A program made the position numbers and the translations under genes. Below the pieces are notes generated by a model. The model was not told where the DNA came from and made no database searches. It saw only the letters and a program-made list of their open reading frames with translations. A DNA stretch of 63,219 nt, filler included, from Basidioascus undulatus (lineage: Eukaryota): the NCBI GenBank assembly GCA_000826855.1. It is 7 parts of 7 records of this genome, joined end to end, with 100 filler letters (N's around TTAATTAATTAA, not from the genome) between each part and the next. Parts side by side here need not be neighbours in the genome. Positions count along the whole stretch, not along the records: positions 24,420 to 30,410 come from JTLS01001828.1; positions 30,511 to 36,499 come from JTLS01001829.1; 5 more parts are not named here. One strand, written 5' to 3'. Shown here in pieces: positions 24,420-36,599 of the stretch. The number at the start of each line of letters is the position of its first letter. Position 1 is the stretch's first letter.

Positions 24420-27316
24420 AGGGAGCTGTTTACTGAAGTAGATATCAATTGATTACAAGAGCTAAAAGGGGCGCGAGTCTTGGGAGCAGCAGCAGATGCG
24501 TTGGCGGCGGCAGCCTGGACAGCGGCGGTGGAGGCGTTCGCAGCGGCAGTCGCTGCGCGAAGCGCTTCAGCGAGAGCTGCCTCTCGGATGGTGCCCTTCG
24601 GGAGCGCGCGTCCACCGCTGGCGAGCTTGACGACGTTGGTCGGGCCGGTGATGACGGACGCGGTCTGCGGGACCGGCTTGGGCTCGGCGCCCTTCCAGAA
24701 CTTGAGCCCGCGGATGCCGAGGCCGGTGTCATTGTTGAAGCTGCGCTGGCTCTCGGTCGACGCCTTGCGCTCCATCTCCGCCGAGATGCGGCCCGCGTCC
24801 GCCGGCATGGGCGGCGGCAGCGGGGTGAGGTCCTTGCTCGTCTTCCGGCTCTTGCCGGATCCGAACTTCAGGCTCGAGAACGACATGGTGCGTGCGCGGG
24901 TCGACGCACCGCTCGAGCTCGTCGTGGAAGAGGAGGGGCGGCTCGGCTGCTGCGGCTCGGGCACGAAGTTGGGGGTGGACGGGGAGATGGAAACAGAGGG
25001 GCGGCCGGTGGTGATGGAGAGGATCGGCTTGCCCTTGTCGGCGCTGGGGCGACGGAGCTGGATCGGTTCGACGGGCTTGGCCGGCGTCGGCGGGGCGGTG
25101 AAGACCTCGCTCTCCTGCGTCTCGTCGCTGCGCGTGCGTGCCCGGCTGCTCAGGCTACTGCCTGGCGACTCGGGAGGCGTCGAGCTCATGGATGGGCTGG
25201 GTTGCCGAGCCGGCGAGCGGTCGGGGACGGGCGGCGGACCGGGAAAGCGAAAAGGATCCAAGGGCGTGCGGGGAAGGGAGGCGGGCTCGTCTTGGAGAGA
25301 GTACCTGGGGGAAACTCCAAGGGAAGCACGTCAATACCGGAGATTAAACACCGAGAAAGGGCGAATCGCAGCTCACCCTTGCACCGAGCCAATCCGCTGA
25401 CTATCATCGCTACTTCGTCCTTCGTCTCTCCGCCGAGGCATGACCACCCCCGACGAGCTGTTCAGCGTGCTGATGCTCCTTGCCGCGCTGGAAGAACTCC
25501 CGCCGCGACCGTGGGATGACCAGGTCGGGCTCGGTATCGGCTTCATCGGCTGCGGGCTGAGGTCGGCAAGCGCGCGCTCGAGCTCGTTGAGCGTGTCGTG
25601 CATGACGTGCACGCTGCCGCGCATGCCTGCGCCGATTGGTCGATCGCGGTTGGTGCGCGAGCGGAGCTGACGCGCGGAAACGAGCTCGGTGACCTCGTCG
25701 ACATCGGACGGGCCGGAAGGAGGTGGCGAGGGGGTCGGGAGCGGCTCAAGCGCAGGGTCGCGGTACGACGCCGACGAGAGCGAGTCGTACTCGAAAGAGC
25801 GATAGGGTAGGGAGGAGGCGGAGTGGGGAGGGGAGTCGTCGCCGGACGCGGAGGGCGCTTCCCGCAGCTCGCGCCAGCTCTGCTCGTCCGAGGGGAAGAC
25901 AGTCGCGAGCGGATCTTGATCGCGCGGCGCGGGCGTGGACATGTCGTCGTCGTCAGCCAGCTGGGCGTACCCTCCAGCGCCGTTAGGCGGAGCGGGAAAC
26001 TGGCCGAGAGCCGCCCGCATGTCGTCTCGCTCGGCACTCGGTCGCAGTCGCAGCTGTCTCCTGCCGTCGGCGCCGAGCGCCGTGCTGGTCGTATCTCGTC
26101 GCGCGAGCCAGGCGTCGTACCAGGCGCCGCGGTCTGTCGTCCGGTCAATGTCGAACTCGATCTTGCCGACGATGGGGAGGAGAGCGGGAGAGAAAGAGGT
26201 GGATGTGGAGGAGACGCTCGAGAGGGAGGAGGACGGAGTGAGGCCGGGAGAACGGGAGCGGGTAAGGGGGATGAGTAGTCGGGGTATTCGCGCGCTCGTG
26301 CTCGCGCTCGTGCTCGCGCTCGTGCTCGCGCTCGACGTCGGAGAGTCGTCCAGCTCCTCCTGCGCGTCGCCGTCGGGGGACGTCGGGGAATCACTGCTCT
26401 TGACGGACGTTTTCCGGACGCGCTCGGCCCCTTCCCGAATCTCGGCGATGGGGCCCTCCCCGATGAATGTAGGCCGCCATAGCAGCTTCCACGCGGCGTT
26501 GCCTATCCGCGGTCCTGGCTCGCCCTCCTCCTTCTCCATCCCTTCTGCCGCGCCGCCGAGCAGGTAGACAATCATGCCGCCCGTGCTCGGCAAGCCGAAC
26601 TCGCGCGCGATCGCAGCGCATTGCGCAGGAAGAGTTGGGAAGAGGGGCATGAGGGTGCCTCGCCGGAAGGTCTCGGGCGGGCCGTATGCGGAGGCGCCGG
26701 CGCGGGAGGCGGCGGGATGTGGAGGATCGTGGGGGAGGTGTTGGGGCGGGATGACGGTGACGAGGAAGCGCGAGGCAGATTCGTTGAAGTGTCGTGATGA
26801 GGTGGGGGAGCGCGAGTAGACGGCGGAGGTCGGCGGTGTCGATGACGGGCCCGAAGAGAGTGGGGGAGCGATGGTGAGCGCTGGGCCGACGCCGAGCACG
26901 TTCGCGACATGGGCTAGTCGCGCGGGGCTGAGCGGCGTTCCCTTTAGCCGGGGCCGCCGCGCCTGCTCGTCCTGCGCCTGTTCCTGTTCCGGCGACTTTG
27001 CGACGATCTCCGCCAGCGAGATGCCGTTGAGCTTCGCCGGCGCGTCGAAGAGGCCGCGCTTGGCCACCGGCCGCGGCGCGAGCACAGGCGTGCTATCTGA
27101 GGATCCCGCCTCGTTGGGCGATGATGAGACCGCAGACGGCGAAGAAGCGGCGGAGAAACCGGTGCCCGTAGTCGGCGTGGGGGAAGGGAGTTCGATCCGC
27201 GGCGTCGAGGGAGATGACACGGGGGAGTGCAGCGAGGGAGAGAGCGTCGGCTTTGGTGGGAGGGACGGCGGCACCGGCGACGGCGATTTCCGCAACACGT
27301 ATGGTGATGAGATCAT
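24420..27316 (-). CDS. Large S/P-rich protein with a basidiomycete-type conserved domain of unknown function; 3'-partial
   Basis: A 647-aa ORF plus a next exon (donor GTGAGC at about 25376). Ordered core: FLVTVIPPQHLPHDPP..FRRGTLMPLFPTLPAQCAAIAREFGLPSTGGMIVYL..GPRIGNAAWKLLW..PIVGKIEFDID..AWYDAWL. Confidence 0.75.
26291..26334. repeat. 12-bp coding tandem repeat (GCGCTCGTGCTC)n
   Basis: About 3.5 copies; encodes SASTSASTSAST on the minus strand. Confidence 0.85.
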
Positions 27317-30199
27317 GGCTATGATGACCTAGAACGAGCAAAGGAACGCCGTCAGTCAGGACCTGACGGAAATAAGGGGCAAGAGCCGAACGAACCGGGA
27401 GACCAGCAAAAGATGCGTCAAGCACGCCGGGGCGTGAGACGAATGCGAATTAGAGCGACCAATAAGCAAGTAGGCAAGATTGACTGCTGTAAAAGAAGAA
27501 GGCGTCGGTGTCGGTCATGATTAAGATGGAGTCGCACTGGTTGATGTGCCTCGCTGCCTCGCGGGCCCTTCATCCCCCCCTCCCCCTTTCCGCTTCTCAC
27601 ATGCACCATCCTCCCTCCTCACGTACCGCCTGCTACGCAGAGCTTATGACAGACTACTCACGGGTAAAGCCCAGCCTAGCAAATTACAGCGCTGGTCCAG
27701 AGACCGAGCGTCCAAGGTCTGCCCAGTCGGTCGAGAAGCGAAGAAGGCTGTCAGTCTCGGGTGCACGGTCAGTTGAGATGGCAGGTGTGTAGTATCGAGT
27801 CGATGCCAATGCCACAAACGCGCTCGTTGATAGTCAATCCGATGCTGTCGGCGAAGGAGCAGGTGGGGAGGAAGGACCGCAGCCGGTCTAGGAGCACTGG
27901 TGCGGCCCAAGCTCGTCGTCCCCTGCGCTTCCGGCCTCGACCTCGAGGACACCTCCACACTCACCTGTACAATTACAACGCGCCCTCGGAGGTCGCGGAC
28001 ACGCCTCAAGCGTAGAATATCGCCCAAGATGTCGGCTGGGGCAGCGGGCAAGAGGGGAATCGTGATGGTCGTTCGGCAGGGTGAAACGGAATGCGAATGG
28101 CGCGAGCTACGCGCGCTGAATACGGTCGAGGCTGTTGACGACTGACAGAAAGCCACTGCTGGCCCTTTGTCGTCCTAGAAAGCTCGCTGTGACTGGCTTG
28201 CGACGGCGTTGTTACCGCAACCGGCGAGCGCTGGAGGAACGGCGAGGACGAGCGCAAGAACGACGAGAAGGACGGTCGCGGTGGGTGTGCAAGGGGCGAA
28301 AGAGGGGCCGATGGCGGCCAGGCGCGCGCTGCCTAGCGGAGGACCGGGCGCAGTCGCTGTTTCTTCGTTTCAGCGCGCGAGCGTCCGAGCGTTCATTTTG
28401 TTTTCTCTTTCCAACGACTACAGATCCAGACGAGAGAGTGAAAGCTTCTCAGCGTACAGTTCATCTACATTTTATGCTCTTGTATGCGAGCAAACGCTGA
28501 GAATTTTCGTGTTGTTGATGTTTGGGCGGCAGCCGCCCGCATGTTCCGCCGAGTCCGCAGCGCTTTAGGCCATTTAATGAACTATCCATCACATTCTTGC
28601 AGCTGTCGCTCATCAACGTGCGACGTCGACAATGAAATGTTTGCGAAATTGAATGGAACAACTGTTGTCTCCAAGAGGTCATTAGGTGTGCTCGATTGAT
28701 GTATCGTCGGGATAGGTGAGTCTTGCAGTGGGTCTTATCAAGATAGGCTTCTTGGGTCTTATGTCGTTGAGCAAGAGCGGCAGACTGGCTGCACTGTCGA
28801 AATTTTTCAGAGAACTAACGCGCTCAGGCACTCCCGTTTCCAAAGTCACCGACGGGCCTTGGCTGGCGAGAAGTCGAACAGAATACGAACGTCGCCAACC
28901 TCATGAAGATCCACGACCCGCGCATTGCCTTAATACGACCGCACCCCTTTTCACTTTTCAGGCGCTTCTCACAAGCACAAGTCAGTTTTTTTTTGCCATC
29001 TAGTAGCAGGAATACTAAACAAACGCAAGTACAATGGAAGACCAAGAGACGGCTAGGTATGTTGCAATCGAGGAGCTACAAGCTTCTTTCGAACGTCGTG
29101 CTTAATGCGAAGGTCTGTGGATGGCTGTTCTCAATCATGCGAAGCAGTATGCTCACTGGGCAGTATTACCTTTGGGCAATGTCACTCATTAATCAAGCAG
29201 ACATGTCTTGCCAATCTGTTAGCGTAAACAGTCGTAGGTGGGCAGCCAGTGCCTGCAGGCAGCCGTGCTTCACTTTCACGCACGCTGCATAGCCTCACAG
29301 TCTGAGTTCTATCCGAGACAGCAGTTGATGATAAGGGGCCATGATCACAGCTTCAAGTGATCCTCCAACCCCCGAAGGGCTAGTGCCTACGCATTTCCCG
29401 AGCTTTCACGGCCCAAGGCTGGAAGGGTGGCACTGGTCGCTTCGCAACTGCCGACCGCTCAATAGCAAATTGCCGTTGTGAAACTACATATGCTATTTCT
29501 TAAAGAAAACAGATTGGACCACCCTTTCTCATAGATCGTCAGAGCGGTGATCGAAAGGTGGTGTCTGGAAACTCATTACGACTCAATACGACCTTCAGGC
29601 ACTTGTGAACAAAACCGAGCGAATTCGCAAAGGCCGGAGGGTGCACCGACGTTGTGAATCCAAGGCTTTATAGCTGCGAGGAAGCGAAAGTGGGGCAGGC
29701 CACTGTGAACCTCCAGACTCCCAGACCATGCCCCAATTCGACACCAGGGCGACGCGAGGGCGCCGTGTGCTTCAACTTGCAGCAGCGTGCACAGCTAGGA
29801 CGGAACTGAAGGTCAGCTCTTGACCCCGACGTCGGCGTGCTTTGTGTGTTCGCATGAAAAAGATACGCTGTCAAGTCGTGGTACCGGTATAGCTTGCTGT
29901 CTGGAAGATACACATTCCTGCCGCGTTCGATTGATCCCAACACGATGCACACAGTAGGCGAAGCGCATTCAAAACACTCAGCTTAAGGAGAGATACGGAG
30001 ACAAGACGCTTAACGAGCACGCCGGACAAAGCACACCGTGAGCGTACAACCAAGCCGCATTCCAAGCCGCGCACTACACTATGCATTAAGGGGCTCTTGT
30101 AGGCCGCCCAGGCCAAGCGCAACTAACCGACCCGGCGTCCGACTCCGACTCCGCATCAACCCGATCTTCCAAATCCCCAAATCTTGTCCCACCCCCTCT

Positions 30200-30410
30200 C
30201 TAAGGCTTGTCCTTGGACCCGCCGCCGATGTTGACCTTGGCGAAGAGGTCCGCGAGCTTCTCGCCCGCCTTGCCGATGATCGACTGCCGCTTCTTCAGCT
30301 TGTCCTTCTTCGTGCCCGTCGCGGCCGCGGGCGCCTCTTTGGCGGGCGCGGCGGGCGCGGGCTCGGCGGCGGGTGCGGGGGCAGGCTCGGCAGCAGCCGC
30401 TGGAGCAGGA
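30200..30410 (-). CDS. C-terminal fragment of an Ala/Pro-rich protein
   Basis: PAPAAAAEPAPAPAAEP...KKDKLKKRQSIIGKAGEKLADLFAKVNIGGGSKDKP*, running from the contig edge. Confidence 0.6.
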
Positions 30411-30510
30411 NNNNNNNNNNNNNNNNNNNNNNNNNNNNNNNNNNNNNNNNNNNNTTAATTAATTAANNNNNNNNNNNNNNNNNNNNNNNNNNNNNNNNNN
30501 NNNNNNNNNN
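30411..30510. other. Artificial contig spacer
   Basis: N-TTAATTAATTAA-N, 100 nt. Confidence 0.98.
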
Positions 30511-33500
30511 TGGGAAGAGGGGGAGGGGGGAGGAGGCTGATTTTAGGGGTGGGGGAGGGGGTGGATCTTGGGACATGCTGGGCGGATGGGATGAACGGGG
30601 AGAAGGGAAAGGTGAGGGAGTGGAACAGGGGGCTGGGGAGAAGACGTACAGCGTCAGTGCAGAGTTCTTGGGATCTCATGCCTGAGGTCGTGCTCCTCCA
30701 GCAAGCTCCCTATAGACCGCCCATCTCCTCAAGGTGCCCACCGAGCGCCCCTTCTCCCCACAGTCCCACGCCCATTCCTCACAAGCCCGGTTCACACGGC
30801 AGCATAAGAATCCTGTCCGCACCTCTGCTGCACCAAAAATTCAGTCAATCTCTGATGCACGTAAAGGTGTCCGAGGCAAGTGCTGCCTGCGAGGTGGTCG
30901 AGTAGGAAGACGGCTGTAAGCTCGCACACCGCTCAGCTTATTTCACACATGGCACCAGTCCCCTTCACCCAGAACCCAAGCAGCTCTTCTGCTCCTCGAC
31001 AGCTTCCCAGCTTCAGCCTCCCCAAAGCCCATCCCAAGCGAAGCGAGCCCGCAACTACCTCCTGCCAGTGCAGACTGTCGATCCTCCACACGGCGCCTCT
31101 TCTCTCCTTTCTCCGCTTCCCTCACCCTTCCCTCCTCCCTCCAAGACTCATAGCCCCCGCTCACCTTTCGCACTTCAACCGAGACCTCGCGTAACAAGTG
31201 CTATCCCCGAGTAAGCGCGCGCGGGTGTTATGAGCGGGATCAGCAAGAATTGGCGAGGGGTGGGGGATAGACGAGAGCGAGAGCGAAAGGAGGACAAGCC
31301 GGCAAGGCAATTAGCAATGGTAGTGAGTTGGGAGAGGGAGAGACGGGAAGACGGAAAGCAGAGGTCGGATGAGAAACTGCAGCTGCATCTTCTGAAGGCT
31401 TGCCGCACTATTTGGAACCAGGTACTTAAGGCGCCTGAAGGATTCCCCCAGGCCTCGAAAACGCGTTCCGATGACAGTGTACACCGGGGTGAAGGTCCAA
31501 GGTCGGAATCGAAAACTCCCGCGCTCTATCCTAAACTTCTCGGAACAGGGAACAAAATGGGTATACAGATGCTACATCTTAACAGCCCGCCCCGTCCGTG
31601 AGTGAAGCCCGGTACCGAAAGGGACTGAAATGAGAAAAGGCTTGCAGTGCTCTTAGAAACTTATCCACGGCTCTCTGGGCTCGCTGAATCGACTCAGACA
31701 CGGATGGATAGTCCCAAGGAGCGTCCAGCCCAGTTCGAGGTAAGTATATTTACAGAGTATAAGTGTTCGGTCACTGGGCCCAGCGTCCCCTCACCTCACA
31801 GTGCCGGAGCGAGCATTGCCAACGCCCCACCCTGCCACGGTGGCCACCTCTGCAACTAATCTTCCCATGATACGTCCCCCAAACTTCTGCGTCCTGGTAC
31901 CCACACCCAGCCATGGAGCTTGAAGCAGTGGCTCCAAAAATTGCGCATGTAGAGGTCTGCAGCGTCCCCATTCAGGAGCTTGCAATCAGTGTTTGGAGAA
32001 GGCCATGGTCTTCGTTGGTTGTATCTATAGGTAATGGTAAGTCTGGAAAGATTTCGAATCCCAGTCAAGGTAAGGCCGCGAGAAGCAGGACGGAGCCTGA
32101 TTGTGATGAACCTTTGAAGACCCTCTAAAATGCACGAGGATATGGTAGCATGTACTCGCGCAAGGAAAAGCACAAGCAGAGCAGCGGGACATGAACTAAA
32201 CGCATCGGACGTCCACCCGGTGCCCAGCCCGACCCGCTCGCGTGCCTTTTTGGAACGGTCAGGGGAAAATTAATGTCTAAGGATGAGGTTGAATCTTTCT
32301 TAGTCGCGCTAGCTTGTGCTGCCGACTTCCGATCAGCCCTCCCAGCTCCCTGCTGCTGCCTGCCAGGTGGATCAGCTGCGCTGCTCCTCGCACTCCTGCT
32401 CCTCCTTCCAAGACGTACACCCCCTCCCAAATTCTCCCATTCCCTCAGCTCCAGCCTACGCGGTCAAAATATGGAGAAGATTTCCACCTTGTCCTCCTCG
32501 TTCTGGCCAAAGCGGTCAAGGCGCAGCAGAACACTGCAGTTGCTTTTGCTTTCTGAATCTAAGTTTACTTCTTTTAAAGTGAACTCGAGGCTTTGTACAG
32601 AATGATTTCGGGCGATGAGGGACTATTATGAACAGACGCCAGCGACTCCTCCTTCGCCAGAAAGAAGTGAACGAGTCAAGAGCGTCGGAGGTCGCTGCCG
32701 CTGCGGCTGGTCCCAGTTTGTGATTAGATTGCAAGAAATCCAAAGCGTCTATCAGAGCGAATAATCCTTCAAGCCCGCAATCGGGTGGTACCTGACAGTT
32801 CCTCAGCTGGTCTCTGTGGGACAATCTGCCCAGCTATACTGTCCCGCGCTTTGGCTTCAAGGCGCAACCCAGGCCGCAATACCCCTTCTGGGACACCCAG
32901 TTCCTCCGCCCTCCCTTCTTCCCTGCGTATAGTTAATTCAAAAAAATCCGAAGCACCATTCCCTACCGAAAATGTACCAGTCCTATGCTAAAGGGTAGTC
33001 TCGAGTCCCTTACTTAAGCTTAAGCTTACCGGCTTGCGTTCCGATTCAGCCCGTCTCTTTTTTTGCGCGGAGGAGAGGCTACATCTTGTGAAGATCCTTC
33101 AAGGACTTTAAGATGAGTCAGTTTTATCCCGCCTACTCACGCCCCAGTAGCCTTTCGTGCACGTCGTTCTTTCGCTGTGTCTGTCGACGACGTCCAGCGA
33201 AGGAATAGGCCCATGGTCCTTTTCGATCTGGCAGGCCTCGAGCTCCAGCCTGACGACACTCTGCAGAGCAGTTCGCTTGAAACAGAGACCCTCAAATTTT
33301 ATCGAGTGTCCATCCGCGATGGTCAGTCTTTCAGCTCCGCTAGGAGCGCTCTCCGTCTCAGCAGTGAGACGTCAGCGCTCTCGAGCTTATCCACCATGCT
33401 GTCGAGCAAATTATCCCGTGAGAGCATTTGCTCACCCACAAAAATATATACCTAGTGTTGTGGCCCATTACGAGAGTCAGGAAGGAGGCCGAGAGATTTT

Positions 33501-34519
33501 GGGCAGCCAAGCACAATCAGTCGAAAACGCCTGTGAGGCCTGCAGCCGCAACTCGTCTGATTGGGTCTACAATGTCCTCGTATGTATTCGCCAAGAGGAG
33601 TTTCACGTCTCCGTGCCTCCTGGGTACTTCACCCATACAACCTCGAGCGTTCCTTGGTCTTCTTGCGGGGTAAGACAAGGCCTCCCAGAAGCAGCCTGAC
33701 TGCAATCACTGCAGTTGCCGGGCGGGCATGTTTCCTGCCCAAACCAACGTGCATTAGGGGAGCGTAATTCATCAGCTTGGGGTAGAATTGGGGTAGTTAC
33801 GCGACGATAGAGGAAAAATGCATAGCTGAGTGGGTAACGTCCATGCAGAGTTCGCTGGCCCGAGACGACTACAAAAACAGATACCGATTTTACAGAAAGT
33901 CGTAGTTGGTGGCTGAATTCTCTCATTCCCCCGAATATCCCACCAACATTCCTTACGATGTGAAGCTTATGCAAGTTAAAGAAGCCCTCCCTTCTCCGCG
34001 AGCCGTTAATCTGCTCAGAGATGCCCCATATCCTCTTCCTATTCCGCATCGAGGGCGACCGCCTACACGCCCTCGCGTACGCAAGCCAAGGAAAAGTGCG
34101 ACCCTTCCCCCCGGCTTTCTCCACCTCGGCATCCCACCAATCGACTTCCTCGCGCCCGACCTTACCGTCCACCGCGTACGCAAGGAAATACGGCTGATGG
34201 CTGCCATGCTTGTGCGGGCGAGGCGATCGATGGAGGGGAGAAGGGCCGCGCGGATGGCGATGGACGTGCTCAGTAGGGAGAGGAGTGAGTGGAGCGGGAG
34301 GTGGGAGGCGAGGGAGAGGAGGACGTCCTCTGGGAGGGTGGAGAGTGTGTGTCGGTTGCATGCCAGTGCCGCGCGGCGAGGAGGGACAGACAGGAGGGTG
34401 AGGGGCGAGGAAAAGGCTTAGGCGATAGGGAAACTGCAAATTGAAATGAAGAAGTTAAGCTTTGGGCAGTAATGACCGCTGCTCAAATTTTGCTAAAGAA
34501 GACGCACCGATGCGGCCTC

Positions 34520-35237
34520 CTAAACACCCACAAATTCCTCTGACCCATCCAAGCCTCCTCCCAAATCTCCCCCACCGACCTGCTCTTCTCCCCGCCCGCA
34601 CTCAGAAGTAGCCCAACACTCCTCCACTTCCGCCCCCCCTTCCTCCTCCCGCTCCACAGTCGCCGCCCACAGCGGCCTAACAAACTGCCCATGCGCGCCC
34701 TCAATCTCCCCATAGTCCACAGCAGCGCAGGGGAGCCAAGAGCTTCCTGAGTGTTCTCCATGCTCGCCCAGCGACAGTGACAGTGACTGCCAGAGAACCA
34801 GCGGCGTGACGCGGGGGGCGGCGGCGCGGAGGATCCGCCAGCAGACGAGCTGGCAAATGTGCTTCCCGGGGTTGGCCATCATGTAGCTCCGCCCGCCGCG
34901 CCTGGTCTTGTAGAAGCCGTACTTGGCTGTACCGAAGACGGGCAGGACGTCGTATACGACCCGAATTGTGGATTGGTTGACGGTACGTAGGGCGTCTGCG
35001 AGCGGTGCGGTTGCGTGGGGTTGGAAGGCCGGGATGTGAGTATTGCTTGGATGATATTTCAGCAGGACGAGGGATTGCAAACATACTATGATCGTCGGTG
35101 CAGTCATCAATCACCTCCCCGTCATCCCCAATCGGCCCAACGACGACGAGGTCCCGCGCCGCATCGTGGTCCTCCTCGGCCGGCTTCAGCACCGCGACGA
35201 CGGCTGGGTTCCGGCCGCGCAGCACTGTTCGCAGCAT
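34520..35237 (-). CDS. Hypothetical protein, probably two exons
   Basis: High-GC3 frames MLRTVLRGRNPAVVAVLKPAEED.. and ..VVYDVLPVFGTAKYGFYKTRRGGRSYMMANPGKHICQLVCWRIL.. separated by a lower-GC intron-like stretch. Confidence 0.45.
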
Positions 35238-36137
35238 TGCTCCAAAAGTCTCCTACCAGAGCACTTAAAGGCTGATAGGTCAGCCTATGGCCCTGCATGG
35301 GTGTATAGGTGCGATGGCAGCGAGCCAATGGGGACTTGCACTGCGACAGGCCTCGTCTGATCCGCCGGAGAGCTGCTCATGAAAATTGTCAGCGTCAACA
35401 ACGCAGCGGGCGGATGAGAGGGAAAAACAGTGTGCACGACGCAGTATTCGTGTTTGGGCATGCCTGCTCCCAGTGTCCTCCTTCTCGTGGCGAAAAGCGA
35501 CAGGCGGTGACCAGATAATTTGGTATGAAGGGAAGTGATTTGAAGGAAGGAAAGGGACCAAAAGACGGAAAGGGAGGGAGAGCAAAGAGCACAATTTGAC
35601 CTGCCGGTCCCGCATGGACCTCCCCACATGGCAAAAATCAAATACAATAGGTAAAGTATGCCGAAAACGTACGGTAGTTTGTTGTGGTCTTGCAGACAGC
35701 AACAGGACACAGTTCAAGGTCGCGGTTCTGACGAAAATAGACAGACGAGGGCCCCTGAAAAACCGCAAGACCTGGGGACTCCATGGCACATGTGCGTCCT
35801 TTCGCCAGCAACCGGGGCACTGCGCCTCATGGGCTGTCCCCATCCTCACCGGTTCCCTTTCAAGCAACACATCAGACAGACCTCTGAACCGCTCGCCAGC
35901 CAGTCTCGCAAGTAAATTCAAAGGTCGTTCGTGATGCAGCGTGGCGTGTGCTACAGGGATGATTCGAAAGTGCAAGATGCAGCAAGTCAAATCGAATGTT
36001 GTCTGAACCAACAAAAGCAGAAGGGGGGAAAGGTAGGGGTAAAGAAAAGAAGCACGGTCTCAACCGCTGCCCACTCGAGCAGTCCCCTCCCTCCCACACG
36101 ACCCAAGCAGAACAGATCCAGGGTCGATACAAGTCAA

Positions 36138-36499
36138 TCATCGCAGCCTGGCGTACCCCTCGTCCTCCGCCCCAGAGTCAATCAGCCCGCGCCCCTCCTC
36201 CCCCCTCCCCGGCGCGTTCGGCAGCCCCCTCCCCGTGTTCCGCCTGAGCCACTCGTCCGCGCGCCCCTGGATCGCGCGCGTTAGGTCCGTGACGCTCTCG
36301 CTTGCGCTTGTATGCCCCTGCCCGTACAGTTGCCCGTGCAGCTGCTGTTGCGACTGGGACGCAGAGAGGGACTTCGAGCGGCCGAGGAGGGCGTGGGCCG
36401 GTGGGACGTCGGTGGTGGGGGTGGGGTTGGAATTGGCAGAGGTAGAAGAGTGGAAGATGGAAAGGTGGATGATCCCAGGCCAGTTTCAAGTCCACCTTG
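36138..36499 (-). CDS. C-terminal fragment of an unknown protein
   Basis: ..GRSKSLSASQSQQQLHGQ..LTRAIQGRADEWLRRNTG..AEDEGYARLR*. Confidence 0.5.
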
Positions 36500-36599
36500 N
36501 NNNNNNNNNNNNNNNNNNNNNNNNNNNNNNNNNNNNNNNNNNNTTAATTAATTAANNNNNNNNNNNNNNNNNNNNNNNNNNNNNNNNNNNNNNNNNNNN
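36500..36599. other. Artificial contig spacer
   Basis: N-TTAATTAATTAA-N, 100 nt. Confidence 0.98.

Noticed and set aside
31200..32950. Possible LINE ORF1/gag remnant
   Set aside because: No CCHC knuckle or other diagnostic motif found.
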